A stretch of DNA of 63,366 nucleotides, filler included, from Octopus bimaculoides (GCF_001194135.2; 6 parts of 5 records of this genome joined end to end with filler, not necessarily neighbours in it); one strand, 5' to 3'; shown: positions 26,243 to 39,039, counted from the whole stretch's first letter. Notes: generated by a model not told the origin, from the sequence alone. Program-made: numbers and translations.

Positions 26243-27169
26243 TCTCTCTCTCATACACACATTCTTTCTCTCTATCATCTGCTCGTCTATAGAACCGTAT
26301 CTAGTTTTCTCACAGAGTGATACACACACTTGAGTGTGAGAATACATATGGGTCGGTATACGTGTGTGTGTGCGTGTGTGTGTGTGTGTGTGTATTTTTT
26401 TCTTTCTTTTTTTCTTTTACTTGTTTCAGTCANNNNNNNNNNNNNNNNNNNNNNNNNNNNNNNNNNNNNNNNNNNNNNNNNNNNNNNNNNNNNNNNNNNN
26501 NNNNNNNNNNNNNNNNNNNNNNNNNNNNNNNNNNNNNNNNNNNNNNNNNNNNNNNNNNNNNNNNNNNNNNNNNNNNNNNNNNNNNNNNNNNNNNNNNNNN
26601 NNNNNNNNNNNNNNNNNNNNNNNNNNNNNNNNNNNNNNNNNNNNNNNNNNNNNNNNNNNNNNNNNNNNNNNNNNNNNNNNNNNNNNNNNNNNNNNNNNNN
26701 NNNNNNNNNNNNNNNNNNNNNNNNNNNNNNNNNNNNNNNNNNNNNNNNNNNNNNNNNNNNNNNNNNNNNNNNNNNNNNNNNNNNNNNNNNNNNNNNNNNN
26801 NNNNNNNNNNNNNNNNNNNNNNNNNNNNNNNNNNNNNNNNNNNNNNNNNNNNNNNNNNNNNNNNNNNNNNNNNNNNNNNNNNNNNNNNNNNNNNNNNNNN
26901 NNNNNNNNNNNNNNNNNNNNNNNNNNNNNNNNNNNNNNNNNNNNNNNNNNNNNNNNNNNNNNNNNNNAATATATATTATACCAAGGATTTTCTATTTCTT
27001 ATTCAACTACATATATTTATATATATATATATATATATAAATACAATGTTTATATACCAAAAAGATTTTATAACATTTTTCTGACATAATTTAAATATAT
27101 ACTTTAACCATGTAACACAAGCCTTCTGTAGTTTTTTCACTCTTATTATCTTTTATATATATATATGTC

Positions 27170-27400
27170 AAAAGGTTGTAGTGGCACTTCTCCAACTATA
27201 GGCTCATAAGGCCGGTTTCCCGGATTCTGTGGCGTATATATTCCTCCTCCTGGAGGGGACGCCAGTCCATAGCAGTATTATATTACTCATTTGTACTAGA
27301 TGAGAGGGTTGGGGAAGCATTTTGGTCAAGAGCACAAGGCATTGCTTGGTCTAGGAATCGAAACCACCACCTTACGATCACGAATTCAATAACCCAAAAA
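27170..27400 (-). mobile_element. tRNA-derived SINE with V-domain-like segment
   Basis: Minus strand B-box GGTTTCGATTCCTAGACC, CORE-like TTGTGCTCTTGACCAAAA, and ATGGACTGGCGTCCCCTCCAGG resembling the V-SINE domain. Confidence 0.55.
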
Positions 27401-27929
27401 TTAAAATGTGGGGACTTTTTCATGCAACCACTGCTTAGCGGTATTTCGTCTGTCTTTACAACTTAAACAACCACATTAGATCCTACAACCAGCTGCGCCC
27501 AAAGCAGGGGTCAGGGTGGGTTAGGTAGGGGCCTCAGATAGCTGAACATCATCATGATCGCGTTCCATTTTGTTTTAAAATTGCGTGGGCAATTTTTCAT
27601 CTCTTTTTTTTGTCATCGTACTTTTAATATACAGCCAACAGAAGGAAATGGCGAAAGACAATTTGTTCAAGGTATGTTGTCGATTTGAACAATGGCTAAC
27701 GAGACTAAACAACATTTCCAGAACATTCGTCGAGATTTTACATCCGCTGGGCAACTGACCTGTACAAAAGTACACGGCTTTAGTTCTCTCTATATACGTA
27801 CATACGTACATAAATAAGTACATACATACATGCATACATAAATATATACATACATACATATATATATATACATATATTTATATATATACCTAGACACACA
27901 TATGTATACATGCATTTATGTACATATAG

Positions 27930-27975
<46 letters not shown>

Positions 27976-29074
27976 NNNNNNNNNNNNNNNNNNNNNNNNN
28001 NNNNNNNNNNNNNNNNNNNNNNNNNNNNNNNNNNNNNNNNNNNNNNNNNNNNNNNNNNNNNNNNNNNNNNNNNNNNNNNNNNNNNNNNNNNNNNNNNNNN
28101 NNNNNNNNNNNNNNNNNNNNNNNNNNNNNNNNNNNNNNNNNNNNNNNNNNNNNNNNNNNNNNNNNNNNNNNNNNNNNNNNNNNNNNNNNNNNNNNNNNNN
28201 NNNNNNNNNNNNNNNNNNNNNNNNNNNNNNNNNNNNNNNNNNNNNNNNNNNNNNNNNNNNNNNNNNNNNNNNNNNNNNNNNNNNNNNNNNNNNNNNNNNN
28301 NNNNNNNNNNNNNNNNNNNNNNNNNNNNNNNNNNNNNNNNNNNNNNNNNNNNNNNNNNNNNNNNNNNNNNNNNNNNNNNNNNNNNNNNNNNNNNNNNNNN
28401 NNNNNNNNNNNNNNNNNNNNNNNNNNNNNNNNNNNNNNNNNNNNNNNNNNNNNNNNNNNNNNNNNNNNNNNNNNNNNNNNNNNNNNNNNNNNNNNNNNNN
28501 NNNNNNNNNNNNNNNNNNNNNNNNNNNNNNNNNNNNNNNNNNNNNNNNNNNNNNNNNNNNNNNNNNNNNNNNNNNNNNNNNNNNNNNNNNNNNNNNNNNN
28601 NNNNNNNNNNNNNNNNNNNNNNNNNNNNNNNNNNNNNNNNNNNNNNNNNNNNNNNNNNNNNNNNNNNNNNNNNNNNNNNNNNNNNNNNNNNNNNNNNNNN
28701 NNNNNNNNNNNNNNNNNNNNNNNNNNNNNNNNNNNNNNNNNNNNNNNNNNNNNNNNNNNNNNNNNNNNNNNNNNNNNNNNNNNNNNNNNNNNNNNNNNNN
28801 NNNNNNNNNNNNNNNNNNNNNNNNNNNNNNNNNNNNNNNNNNNNNNNNNNNNNNNNNNNNNNNNNNNNNNNNNNNNNNNNNNNNNNNNNNNNNNNNNNNN
28901 NNNNNNNNNNNNNNNNNNNNNNNNNNNNNNNNNNNNNNNNNNNNNNNNNNNNNNNNNNNNNNNNNNNNNNNTTTTTTTTTTTTTTCTTTTTGCTTTTCGA
29001 TATACTTTCTCAAAATACTATGCTAATCTATATAATCAATCTAAATCAATTAATCCATTAATCAATAATGCATG

Positions 29075-29340
29075 CATTTTTTCCCCCCCGCTAGAACCCT
29101 AGGACCCATAAAACCAAACCAATTACCCGGTTTAAGTGGCGTGTAAGAGACAGAGATCACAACAATTCCACCGCTGAACAAGACTCCGATCCGTTGCCCG
29201 GGTTCAAGGCCAACAATTTTGAAAGGAGAGGCTAAGTCGATTGCATTGACAGCAGCACTTGACTGATACTGTATTTTATCCACACCGAAGCGAGGAAAAG
29301 ACAAAGTGGAAAGCGGTGGGAATTAAACTCAGATCGTAAA
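29075..29340 (-). mobile_element. SINE family B variant, decayed
   Basis: Meta-like domain and tail recognisable on minus strand. Confidence 0.6.
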
Positions 29341-29611
29341 ACGATCCCTGTTGTACTCTTTCGCTCCAACTTTTTCTCACTCTTTCTTCCTATTTCCTAC
29401 CGTAGTTGAATGATAGACACACGTACATACATACACACACTCATACCCGTGATTGTTGGGGCATTGGGATATGTAACAAACTGCCTCAACNNNNNNNNNN
29501 NNNNNNNNNNNNNNNNNNNNNNNNNNNNNNNNNNNNNNNNNNNNNNNNNNNNNNNNNNNNNNNNNNNNNNNNNNNNNNNNNNNNNNNNNNTATATAGGTA
29601 CAGTCGTAGCT

Positions 29612-29715
29612 GTGATAAGAAGTTTGGTTTAAAACCATGTGGTTGCGGGCTTAGTTACACTACGTAGAACCTTGGGCAGGTGACTTCTACTATAGCCTCG
29701 GGTTAACTAAAGGAA
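29612..29715 (+). mobile_element. SINE family A head/core fragment
   Basis: GTAGCTGTGATAAGAAG..ACCTTGGGCAGGTGACTTCTACTATAGCCTCGGG. Confidence 0.7.
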
Positions 29716-30087
29716 AACTGATGTGACTAACACCTGCTACTTTGTTTGTATCCAATCGTGTAGATTAGTTCTTCTTTGTGGGCAAATGCACACATTATTT
29801 AGGGGGTGGGTTGGGCCCGTGCGAAGCTTTTCCTTATTTTAAAATGTTACAGGATCAGGCATTGCTCTGTTTTTAACATTTCTGTTATGTGCTGCATACT
29901 ATGGCCGTCCTCCACCGAGAAACGCGAAACAGTCAAAGAAAAATACCATGGTGGAATGAAGACATGTGGCAGCATGTGTGTGGTAAGCTCTTCGAACACC
30001 TGCTGTGTTTAAGAGGGCACTTAAACGACGGCAAAGTTCGAAATCGAGTTGTAGCCATCTTCATCGTTGATAGATAACTAACTAGTT

Positions 30088-30088
30088 G

Positions 30089-30146
<58 letters not shown>

Positions 30147-30179
30147 TAGATAGACAGATAGATAGACAGATAGATAGAC

Positions 30180-30230
<51 letters not shown>

Positions 30231-30231
30231 C

Positions 30232-30282
<51 letters not shown>
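30088..30282. repeat. (GATA/GACA)n microsatellite
   Basis: Direct reading. Confidence 0.95.
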
Positions 30283-30283
<1 letters not shown>

Positions 30284-31138
30284 TCATATCTAAGTGTTCC
30301 GCACAGGTTTCTTATGCCAAATTTCACGTACACAATGGATACACAAAATTACCGAGTTTTTTGTGTCCCCACTTCCTTCTACTCTTGTCATCTAGGACAC
30401 ACACACACACACACACACACACACTTACACTCACAAACACACACAAACACATATATTAGGATGTGTTATTTCTTTACCGCCCACAAGGGGCTACACACAG
30501 AGGGGACAAACAAGGACAGACATATATTAGGATGTGTGTGTGTGCTTGTGTGTGAGTCCTGAAGAGTGAAAAATATATACACATAACTGAATATCGTAAA
30601 CATATGTATCTATCTATATATATATATATACATATATATGTGTATATATTCCATTATGTATATATATATATATGTGTGTGCGTTTGTGTGTGTATGTTAG
30701 TGTATATATATGTATACATATGCTTGTGTGTGTGTGTGTGTGTGTGTGTACGTGTGTGTATACATTCATAGGTATGTGTGAAAGTATATATATATAAAAA
30801 ATGTTTGCGTGAAAGAATATATATATATGTTTCTGCGTGTGTGTGTGTGTCACAGTGTCAAAATGTACCTACTAAATGCAACGCTGACAAGGGAGACAAT
30901 TAACAAACACAGTTATATTCATTCGTTACTTTTAACATATCCCTGTTGCTTATATTTTTTTTTATTATAATCTATCTTACTATTTACTACAAAAGCCTCA
31001 AACGAGATCTTTCAAATATTCGCAAACGCAGTCGCATTTTCCAAACTGCTCTTGTTTGCTCAGCTTATCCTTAAAAACTGCCAAGCAATGTCAAAGGTTA
31101 AACAATTTTTAAACAACTTTTAAACAATTTCTAAGCTC

Positions 31139-31434
31139 GGGGGCGGCGTACCACAAAAAGTACGTACATTCACAGTAAAGCGTTCTACGCCGGTTTTATT
31201 CACCCCAGCCTACCATCCACCGCTACTGTACCCCGTTCACTCATCCGCCTCCCGCCATTTTCTATGAAACCTGTTCGGTTCCTCTCATTGTTAACGGCCT
31301 ATATGTCTATATTTCACAATGTTTACCCAGCTAACCCTCTATCTCAATTCGATTAACCGTTAAACAAATATATCCGCTCTTTCCTGTGGAACAGAAAAAA
31401 AAAAAACAGAATTTTATTTCCTAGTCAGGTAATT
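31139..31434 (+). promoter_or_regulatory. Candidate promoter / non-coding first exon
   Basis: GC box GGGGCGG (31139), YY1-type CCGCCATTTT (31252-31261), CpG-containing unique sequence, donor CAG|GTAATT at 31429. Confidence 0.3.
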
Positions 31435-31469
31435 TTCTATTCATATATATATATACATACATATATATG

Positions 31470-31514
<45 letters not shown>

Positions 31515-32567
31515 CTTTGTGTATGTGTGGATATATATATGTATGTATACATATATATATTTATATATACATGTGCATGTATGTCTGTATATATACATAT
31601 GTTTTTGCATATATATATATATATNNNNNNNNNNNNNNNNNNNNNNNNNNNNNNNNNNNNNNNNNNNNNNNNNNNNNNNNNNNNNNNNNNNNNNNNNNNN
31701 NNNNNNNNNNNNNNNNNNNNNNNNNNNNNNNNNNNNNNNNNNNNNNNNNNNNNNNNNNNNNNNNNNNNNNNNNNNNNNNNNNNNNNNNNNNNNNNNNNNN
31801 NNNNNNNNNNNNNNNNNNNNNNNNNNNNNNNNNNNNNNNNNNNNNNNNNNNNNNNNNNNNNNNNNNNNNNNNNNNNNNNNNNNNNNNNNNNNNNNNNNNN
31901 NNNNNNNNNNNNNNNNNNNNNNNNNNNNNNNNNNNNNNNNNNNNNNNNNNNNNNNNNNNNNNNNNGGTGGTGGTGGTGGTGGTGGTGGTGGCCGTCGTCG
32001 TCGTGGTTGTCGCCGTTGTCGTATTTTTGCTACATTTTTTTTTGCCGTTATTGATGTCAGATTTTTTTTTCTTCTACTTCGTACTCCATCGTCCTATCTG
32101 TGGTTAAATTTATTCAAATTCTTAAAAACAAATGAACCGAAGCTATACAGAAACAATAGATCTACAAAACAAACCAGAAAGCACAACGATCAAAACAAAA
32201 AAAAGATTCTTCATTAATTCACATAACATTGGAAAGAAACGAACGAATTTATCTGACAGCTCAAAACAAGCCGTTCCAGTACAAGAAATTAAATGGACGG
32301 AAATACGGAAACGAACATTAATATTTCCGCCCATTAAGTTGGATGCATGAAGCAGCTTTTATATATTGTCGTTTGAGACCTGGTCGGAAATGGGACTTTG
32401 CTGAGCGGTAGAAAACAATTCTGCTACGCAGCAGATGATGTTGCTTTCGCTTTTCCCAATTAAAACCTCGTGAGGAAGAGCTTCTCTACCGAAATTGCGT
32501 TTAAACGTTACTGAACAAGTCGAGGTTTATAGACAGAAGTATCAATGAAATAAATCAAACCGATAAG

Positions 32568-32974
32568 CGCATGCGTGGGTCTCGGCGCATGCGTGGATCT
32601 CGGGCGCATGCGTGGCTCACGGCTCATGTGTGGATCGAGACGTCGGTGTGTCTCTCGGCGCAATCGAGGCTCTAGGCGCAGGTGTCGCTCTAGGCGTATG
32701 CGTGGATCTACATGCAGGTGCGGATCTTGGCACATGTGCGGCTCTAGACACAGGTGTGGCTCTCGGCGCATACGTGATTCTACACACAGGCGTAGCTCTC
32801 GGCGTATGTCCGGTTCTAGACGCAAATGTTACTGAACAAGTCCAGGTTTATGGAACGAATGTATCGATGAAATAAATTCAATTAACTGGAGCATGCGTGG
32901 CTCTGGGCGCACGCGTAGCTCTAGACGCAGGTGTGTCTCTCGGCGCAAGCGTGGCTCTAGGCGCAAGTGTCACT
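32568..32974 (+). repeat. 18-bp GC-rich tandem repeat (CGC ATG CGT GGC TCT AGG consensus) in a higher-order cassette
   Basis: About 15 units, a spacer of about 60 bp, then about 5 units; the spacer is itself duplicated (32504-32570 vs 32824-32892). Confidence 0.9.
32608..32835 (+). CDS. Candidate protamine-like Arg/Ser/Cys-rich basic protein (75 aa)
   Basis: MRGSRLMCGSRRRCVSRRNRGSRRRCRSRR...RRKCY*: 27 Arg, 14 Ser, 8 Cys, 1 acidic; silent variation among repeat units; AATAAA at 32871. Confidence 0.4.
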   Translation: MRGSRLMCGSRRRCVSRRNRGSRRRCRSRRMRGSTCRCGSWHMCGSRHRCGSRRIRDSTHRRSSRRMSGSRRKCY

Positions 32975-33515
32975 GTGTGGGTAGGACGCTTTCTTCCCAG
33001 GCCTGTAACCTTGGGTCCAGTGCTATGGGCTTCTACTCTCATTCACATTGCTCCAGTTTAGTCAGATGTTGAAATGGGTTGCGATGTCACTGGTTCCATG
33101 CTGTATCGATCTTTGCCTTCCCCTTGGGTAACACTAGTGGCGTGGAGAAGGGAGGCCGGTACGCATGAGCGACTGCCTGGACTTGTGCCTCGGAGCGGAA
33201 CTTTCTAGGTGCAATCCCATGGTCATTCATAACCGAAGGGTGTTTCTGTGAGTTCGATTCCCGGACTGGGCTTTCTATTGTGTCCTTGAGCAAGACACTT
33301 TATTTCACGTTGTTCCAGTTCACTCAGCTGTAGCAATGAGTTGTGAAGTCACTGGTGCCAAATTGTATCGGTCTTTGCCTTCCCCTTGGAAAACATCGGT
33401 GGCGCGGAGAGGGGACTTCTGGTCTTCTACGAGCAACCTTGCTCGGACATGTACCTGGGTGCAGAATTTTCTAGGTGCAATCCCAAGGTCATTCATCATC
33501 GAAGGGCGTCTTTTT
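32975..33515 (+). mobile_element. Two tandem SINE family D copies with different heads
   Basis: Shared body GTATCG(A/G)TCTTTGCCTTCCCCTTGG..TTTCTAGGTGCAATCCCA.GGTCATTCAT..CGAAGGG; first has an A-type head, second a C-type B-box/CORE head. Confidence 0.75.
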
Positions 33516-34084
33516 ATATTTAAAAGCAAAGAAAAAGATTTGATATTTTCTTCAAACCTATTAAATGGCACTCTTTAACGCACCTCAGAGATAACTGTGC
33601 ACAGATCTGAGATNNNNNNNNNNNNNNNNNNNNNNNNNNNNNNNNNNNNNNNNNNNNNNNNNNNNNNNNNNNNNNNNNNNNNNNNNNNNNNNNNNNNNNN
33701 NNNNNNNNNNNNNNNNNNNNNNNNNNNNNNNNNNNNNNNNNNNNNNNNNNNNNNNNNNNNNNNNNNNNNNNNNNNNNNNNNNNNNNNNNNNNNNNNNNNN
33801 NNNNNNNNNNNNNNNNNNNNNNNNNNNNNNNNNNNNNNNNNNNNNNNNNNNNNNNNNNNNNNNNNNNNNNNNNNNNNNNNNNNNNNNNNNNNNNNNNNNN
33901 NNNNNNNNNNNNNNNNNNNNNNNNNNNNNNNNNNNNNNNNNNNNNNNNNNNNNNNNNNNNNNNNNNNNNNNNNNNNNNNNNNNNNNNNNNNNNNNNNNNN
34001 NNNNNNNNNNNNNNNNNNNNNNNNNNGTGTGTGTGTGTGTGAGTTTGTGTATGTGAGTGTGTGTGAGTGTCTGAAGACACGTCG

Positions 34085-34165
34085 CTTGATGGTTAGGGTA
34101 TTCGCTCAGGAGATCGTAAGGTTATGAGTTCGATTCCTGGCAGTGCATTATGTCCTTGAGCAAGA
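34085..34165 (+). mobile_element. SINE family C head fragment
   Basis: GGTTAGGGTATTCGCTCA..GAGTTCGATTCC..TGTCCTTGAGCAAG. Confidence 0.7.
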
Positions 34166-34193
34166 GTGTGTGTGTGGGTGTTTGTGTCAGTGA

Positions 34194-34239
<46 letters not shown>

Positions 34240-34910
34240 GCGTGCATGTGCGTGTGTACGTGATTCTGTGTGACTCCCATTATGACACTGCTCCCACAAG
34301 TATACCTGACATGTATTCTCGTATTAATCACCTGACGGTTTGACTGAGATACAGGTTGTCACCCCTTTTCATATTGCCACTACATCTCTGGGTCAAACCT
34401 ATCATATGGCACTCTTTAACGCACCTCAGAGATAACCGTGCACAGATCTCAGATATGCTGACCCTTCAAATCATCTTAAATTACATACAAACACACACGT
34501 ATACATAAATACATACGCATTATATATATATATATATATNNNNNNNNNNNNNNNNNNNNNNNNNNNNNNNNNNNNNNNNNNNNNNNNNNNNNNNNNNNNN
34601 NNNNNNNNNNNNNNNNNNNNNNNNNNNNNNNNNNNNNNNNNNNNNNNNNNNNNNNNNNNNNNNNNNNNNNNNNNNNNNNNNNNNNNNNNNNNNNNNNNNN
34701 NNNNNNNNNNNNNNNNNNNNNNNNNNNNNNNNNNNNNNNNNNNNNNNNNNNNNNNNNNNNNNNNNNNNNNNNNNNNNNNNNNNNNNNNNNNNNNNNNNNN
34801 NNNNNNNNNNNNNNNNNNNNNNNNNNNNNNNNNNNNNNNNNNNNNNNNNNNNNNNNNNNNNNNNNNNNNNNNNNNNNNNNNNNNNNNNNNNNNNNNNNNN
34901 NNNNNNNNNN

Positions 34911-34944
<34 letters not shown>

Positions 34945-34971
34945 GTGTATATATATATATACATATATATA

Positions 34972-35105
34972 GTCAAATCAAATGGACAATAGAATTAAAA
35001 ACAACAAACAACAAGCGGACGTGCACCAAGAATGTATTAGTTTGATGCTCAGTAAAATTTTTGTTTTTTTGTGGACGTTTCGAGCATAGCTCTTCGTCAA
35101 AGGGA
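34972..35105 (-). mobile_element. Short hammerhead-bearing element (Penelope pLTR-like)
   Basis: Minus strand TTGACGA-A-GAGC-TAT-GCTC-GAAAC-GTC; ends at ACT(AT)n. Confidence 0.7.
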
Positions 35106-36006
35106 TGCTGAAATGTTTCTGACTCTTAGGGTATCACGTAAGACTTAGTTGGTACCCCAAACTTCCGAGGGTTTTTACAGGGCTCAGAAAAACTAAACAT
35201 GTTGAATAAAATCATAATTAACTGATCCTCCTGTCTTTTCTTTTAGCCAAAGCCAGTATGAGCATGTCTAGATATACAATTATATGCAGGCGCATACATA
35301 CATGAAACAAAGCATTCAAACCTGCACATATGCATACATACATACATACATACATACATACTTACATACACACATACATACATACATACATACATATATA
35401 CATACATACATACCTACATACATACATACATACATACATACAAACAAACAAACATACAAATATACATACATACCCTGTTGTTGATGCTGAAATTGCAATG
35501 AAGGAGCCTTGGCTCTAGGTTAGAAACCGGTTCTTTCTCTATTGGCAAGACTTGAAATAAACTGAATAATGACATACATACATATATGCATACATACATA
35601 TATACACACCTAACCTACCTTGAATTCATGCCATTTTTGACACATCCTATGCTGTTTTGTTCGTTAGGAATTTTTCAAGGAAACACACACAAACATACAC
35701 AAGGATGCGTGTATGTATATTTGTGTATGTGTGTGAGTGTGTGTGTGTGTGTGTGTGTGCGTTTATGTGGGTGTTTGTAATGTGTAATTGTGTGTATGCA
35801 CGTGTGTGTGTGTATGTGTGTGTATGTAAGTGCCTGTAACCGATTATGCTCACCGAGGTGTCACCTGTTATCTGACGAATCCTGTTTCCTGAGATGTAAA
35901 CCTAATACGAAGTCAAGCCTTCTCCAAAGGTTTGAACTTCCGTTCGCCAACGCAAGCTTACTAAACGCTCCACATCTAATATACGCACACATATGCGTGT
36001 GTATAC

Positions 36007-36037
<31 letters not shown>

Positions 36038-36052
36038 TGTATGAGATAGATA

Positions 36053-36080
36053 AGTAGATAAATAGATAGATAGCTAGATG

Positions 36081-36141
<61 letters not shown>

Positions 36142-36168
36142 GTAAAGAGAGAGAGAGAGAGAGAGAAA

Positions 36169-36210
<42 letters not shown>

Positions 36211-36211
36211 T

Positions 36212-36276
<65 letters not shown>
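36053..36276. repeat. (GATA/GA/GACA)n compound microsatellite
   Basis: Direct reading. Confidence 0.95.
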
Positions 36277-36277
<1 letters not shown>

Positions 36278-36419
36278 CATTTTTGTTATATCGTGTGAGG
36301 ATCATTATGCCAATAATAAACACTCACAGAATAGTTCTATTTCACTTCTGTATTTTTCTGTATTTGTTAAGTGGTTGGCTAAACTATACACAAGTCTTTC
36401 TGTTGACTTAAAGAGACGA

Positions 36420-37028
36420 TTTTTATCCCGTATCAGTTAATCTTACCAATCTTCTACAGATTGCGAGAGACCAATGCAATACTGACACCAAGTAACTGAG
36501 ACATTTCTCTGACACTTTGACATGGGTTTTGTTCAACAATTGCTTTCAATTGTTCATTGTCAAGACTGCATGACCGTCCTCTGCCTTTTTCATCTTCAAG
36601 GCTCTCATCACCACTACGGAATTTCTGAAACCACCTTCGTACTGTGATCACTTGTGGGCCCCTCTCCCCATGCATTGCTGATATTAGCAACAGTTCGGGA
36701 GGCATTGTGGCCAAGCTTGAACTCATGCAAGAAAAGTAAGCGAAGGTCCGTTTTTGCTAAGTTCATAATTAAGGGCGCCTATGCTTTGTGGCCAAGCTTG
36801 AACTTATGCAAGGAAAGTAAGCGAAGGTCCTTTTTTGCTAAGTTCATAATTAAGGGCGATAATGCTTCAAGAATGTTTTCTATCTGAAATAAGTAGAAAA
36901 TTATTAAAGAACATACATCAATCATTAAGTATGTTGAAATTCACCTAAAACATAATTAAAATACTATGAAAAAATTGCGTTTCAAAACACAACACTTAGA
37001 GCGGCCCTTATTTTCGGAACACCCTAAT
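36420..37028 (-). pseudogene. mariner transposon 5' part (TIR plus N-terminal transposase)
   Basis: TIR-like TATTAGGGTGTTCCGAAAATAAG; MNLAKTDLRLLFLHEFKLGHNASRTVANISNAWGE, TVRRWFQKFRSGDESLEDEKGRGR..LKAIVEQNPCQSVREMSQLLGVS. Confidence 0.85.
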
Positions 37029-37508
37029 AAAACTCCTCTAGCCTTTCCCCTCCTAATTTATCCGTCTTTTGCTCTCGTTTGTATCGACATCTTGTTCATA
37101 AAACTCTATGGAGGTTGTCACAATTTTAAACNNNNNNNNNNNNNNNNNNNNNNNNNNNNNNNNNNNNNNNNNNNNNNNNNNNNNNNNNNNNNNNNNNNNN
37201 NNNNNNNNNNNNNNNNNNNNNNNNNNNNNNNNNNNNNNNNNNNNNNNNNNNNNNNNNNNNNNNNNNNNNNNNNNNNNNNNNNNNNNNNNNNNNNNNNNNN
37301 NNNNNNNNNNNNNNNNNNNNNNNNNNNNNNNNNNNNNNNNNNNNNNNNNNNNNNNNNNNNNNNNNNNNNNNNNNNNNNNNNNNNNNNNNNNNNNNNNNNN
37401 NNNNNNNNNNNNNNNNNNNNNNNNNNNNNNNNNNNNNNNNNNNNNNNNNNNNNNNNNNNNNNNNNNNNNNNNNNNNNNNNNNNNNNNNNNNNNNNNNNNN
37501 NNNNNNNN

Positions 37509-37554
<46 letters not shown>

Positions 37555-37577
37555 TCCCTCTATCGTGATGGAGCTTT

Positions 37578-37645
<68 letters not shown>

Positions 37646-37765
37646 GTTGATAGATAGATAGATAGACAAAGCTCCATCACGATAGAGGAACAGAGAAAGA
37701 GAGAGAGAGAAAGAGAGAGAGAGAAAGAGAGAGAGAGAGAAAGAGAGAGAAAGTGAGAGAGGGAA

Positions 37766-37814
<49 letters not shown>

Positions 37815-38074
37815 AAGAGAGAGAGAAAGAAAGAGAAAGAGAGAGAAAAAGAGAGAGAGAGAAAGAGAGAGAGAGATAGAGAGAAGAGAGAGAGTATATT
37901 GAATATCTTTGACCGTTTAAATTATATTTCCTTCCAGGTGTAGGTGATACTATAATTGAAACTTTTATTATTCCATATATATTCGCGAAGATCAATTTAC
38001 TTCATGTCTGTACACAAGACACACTACTACATTTACTGATCAGCGAAACATCTGTAAAGGATTGCCCAAATTCT

Positions 38075-38132
<58 letters not shown>

Positions 38133-38649
38133 NNNNNNNNNNNNNNNNNNNNNNNNNNNNNNNNNNNNNNNNNNNNNNNNNNNNNNNNNNNNNNNNNNNN
38201 NNNNNNNNNNNNNNNNNNNNNNNNNNNNNNNNNNNNNNNNNNNNNNNNNNNNNNNNNNNNNNNNNNNNNNNNNNNNNNNNNNNNNNNNNNNNNNNNNNNN
38301 NNNNNNNNNNNNNNNNNNNNNNNNNNNNNNNNNNNNNNNNNNNNNNNNNNNNNNNNNNNNNNNNNNNNNNNNNNNNNNNNNNNNNNNNNNNNNNNNNNNN
38401 NNNNNNNNNNNNNNNNNNNNNNNNNNNNNNNNNNNNNNNNNNNNNNNNNNNNNNNNNNNNNNNNNNNNNNNNNNNNNNNNNNNNNNNNNNNNNNNNNNNN
38501 NNNNNNNNNNNNNNNNNNNNNNNNNNNNNNNNNNNNNNNNNNNNNNNNNNNNNNNNNNNNNNNNNNNNNNNNNNNNNNNNNNNNNNNNNNNNNNNNNNNN
38601 NNNNNNNNNNNNNNNNNNNNNNNNNNNNNNNNNNNNNNNNNNNNNNNNN

Positions 38650-39020
38650 CGTTACGTTCTGCGTTCAAATTCCGCCGAGGTCGACTTTGCCTTTCATCCT
38701 TTCGGGGTCGATAAATTAAGTACCAGTTACGCACTGGGGTCGATATAATCGACTTAATCCCTTTGTCTGTCCTTGTTTGTCCCCTCTATGTTTAGCCCCT
38801 TGTGGGCAATAAAGAAATAAGAAACGGTAGCACGCCGGGCGAAATGCTTAGCGGTATTTCGTCTGTCTTTACGTTCTGTGTTCAAATTCCACCGTGGTCG
38901 ATTTTGCTTTTCGTCCTTTCGGAGTCGATAAGTTAAGTACCAGTTGTGTACTGGGGTCGATCTAATCGACTGGCTCCCTCCCCAAAAATTTCAGGCCCTG
39001 TGCTTAGAGTAGAAAAGAAT
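38650..39020 (+). mobile_element. SINE family B dimer (long-tailed unit nested before a headless unit)
   Basis: Unit 1 ends ..GCCCCTTGTGGGCAATAAAGAAATAA (38820), then GAAACGGTAGCACGCC.. unit 2 with ordinary tail. Confidence 0.85.
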
Positions 39021-39039
39021 ACTTCTTCTATTGTTCCTG

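Noticed and set aside
29850-29990. AG...GTAAGC-bounded open segment (IRHCSVF..GSMCV) and a KIPWWNED peptide
   Set aside because: Neither reading is supported by a homologue I recognise
32508-32875. Alternative frames of the 18-bp repeat (minus MRLEPH repeats; plus AGVALG repeats, beta-helix-like)
   Set aside because: Fewer silent variable sites than the Arg frame and no stop-plus-AATAAA architecture repeated across cassettes; not fully excluded
33553-34452. Direct repeat of about 60 bp (CAAACCTAT..ATGGCACTCTTTAACGCACCTCAGAGATAAC) on both sides of a gap
   Set aside because: Too short to define an element; may be a dispersed repeat or contig overlap
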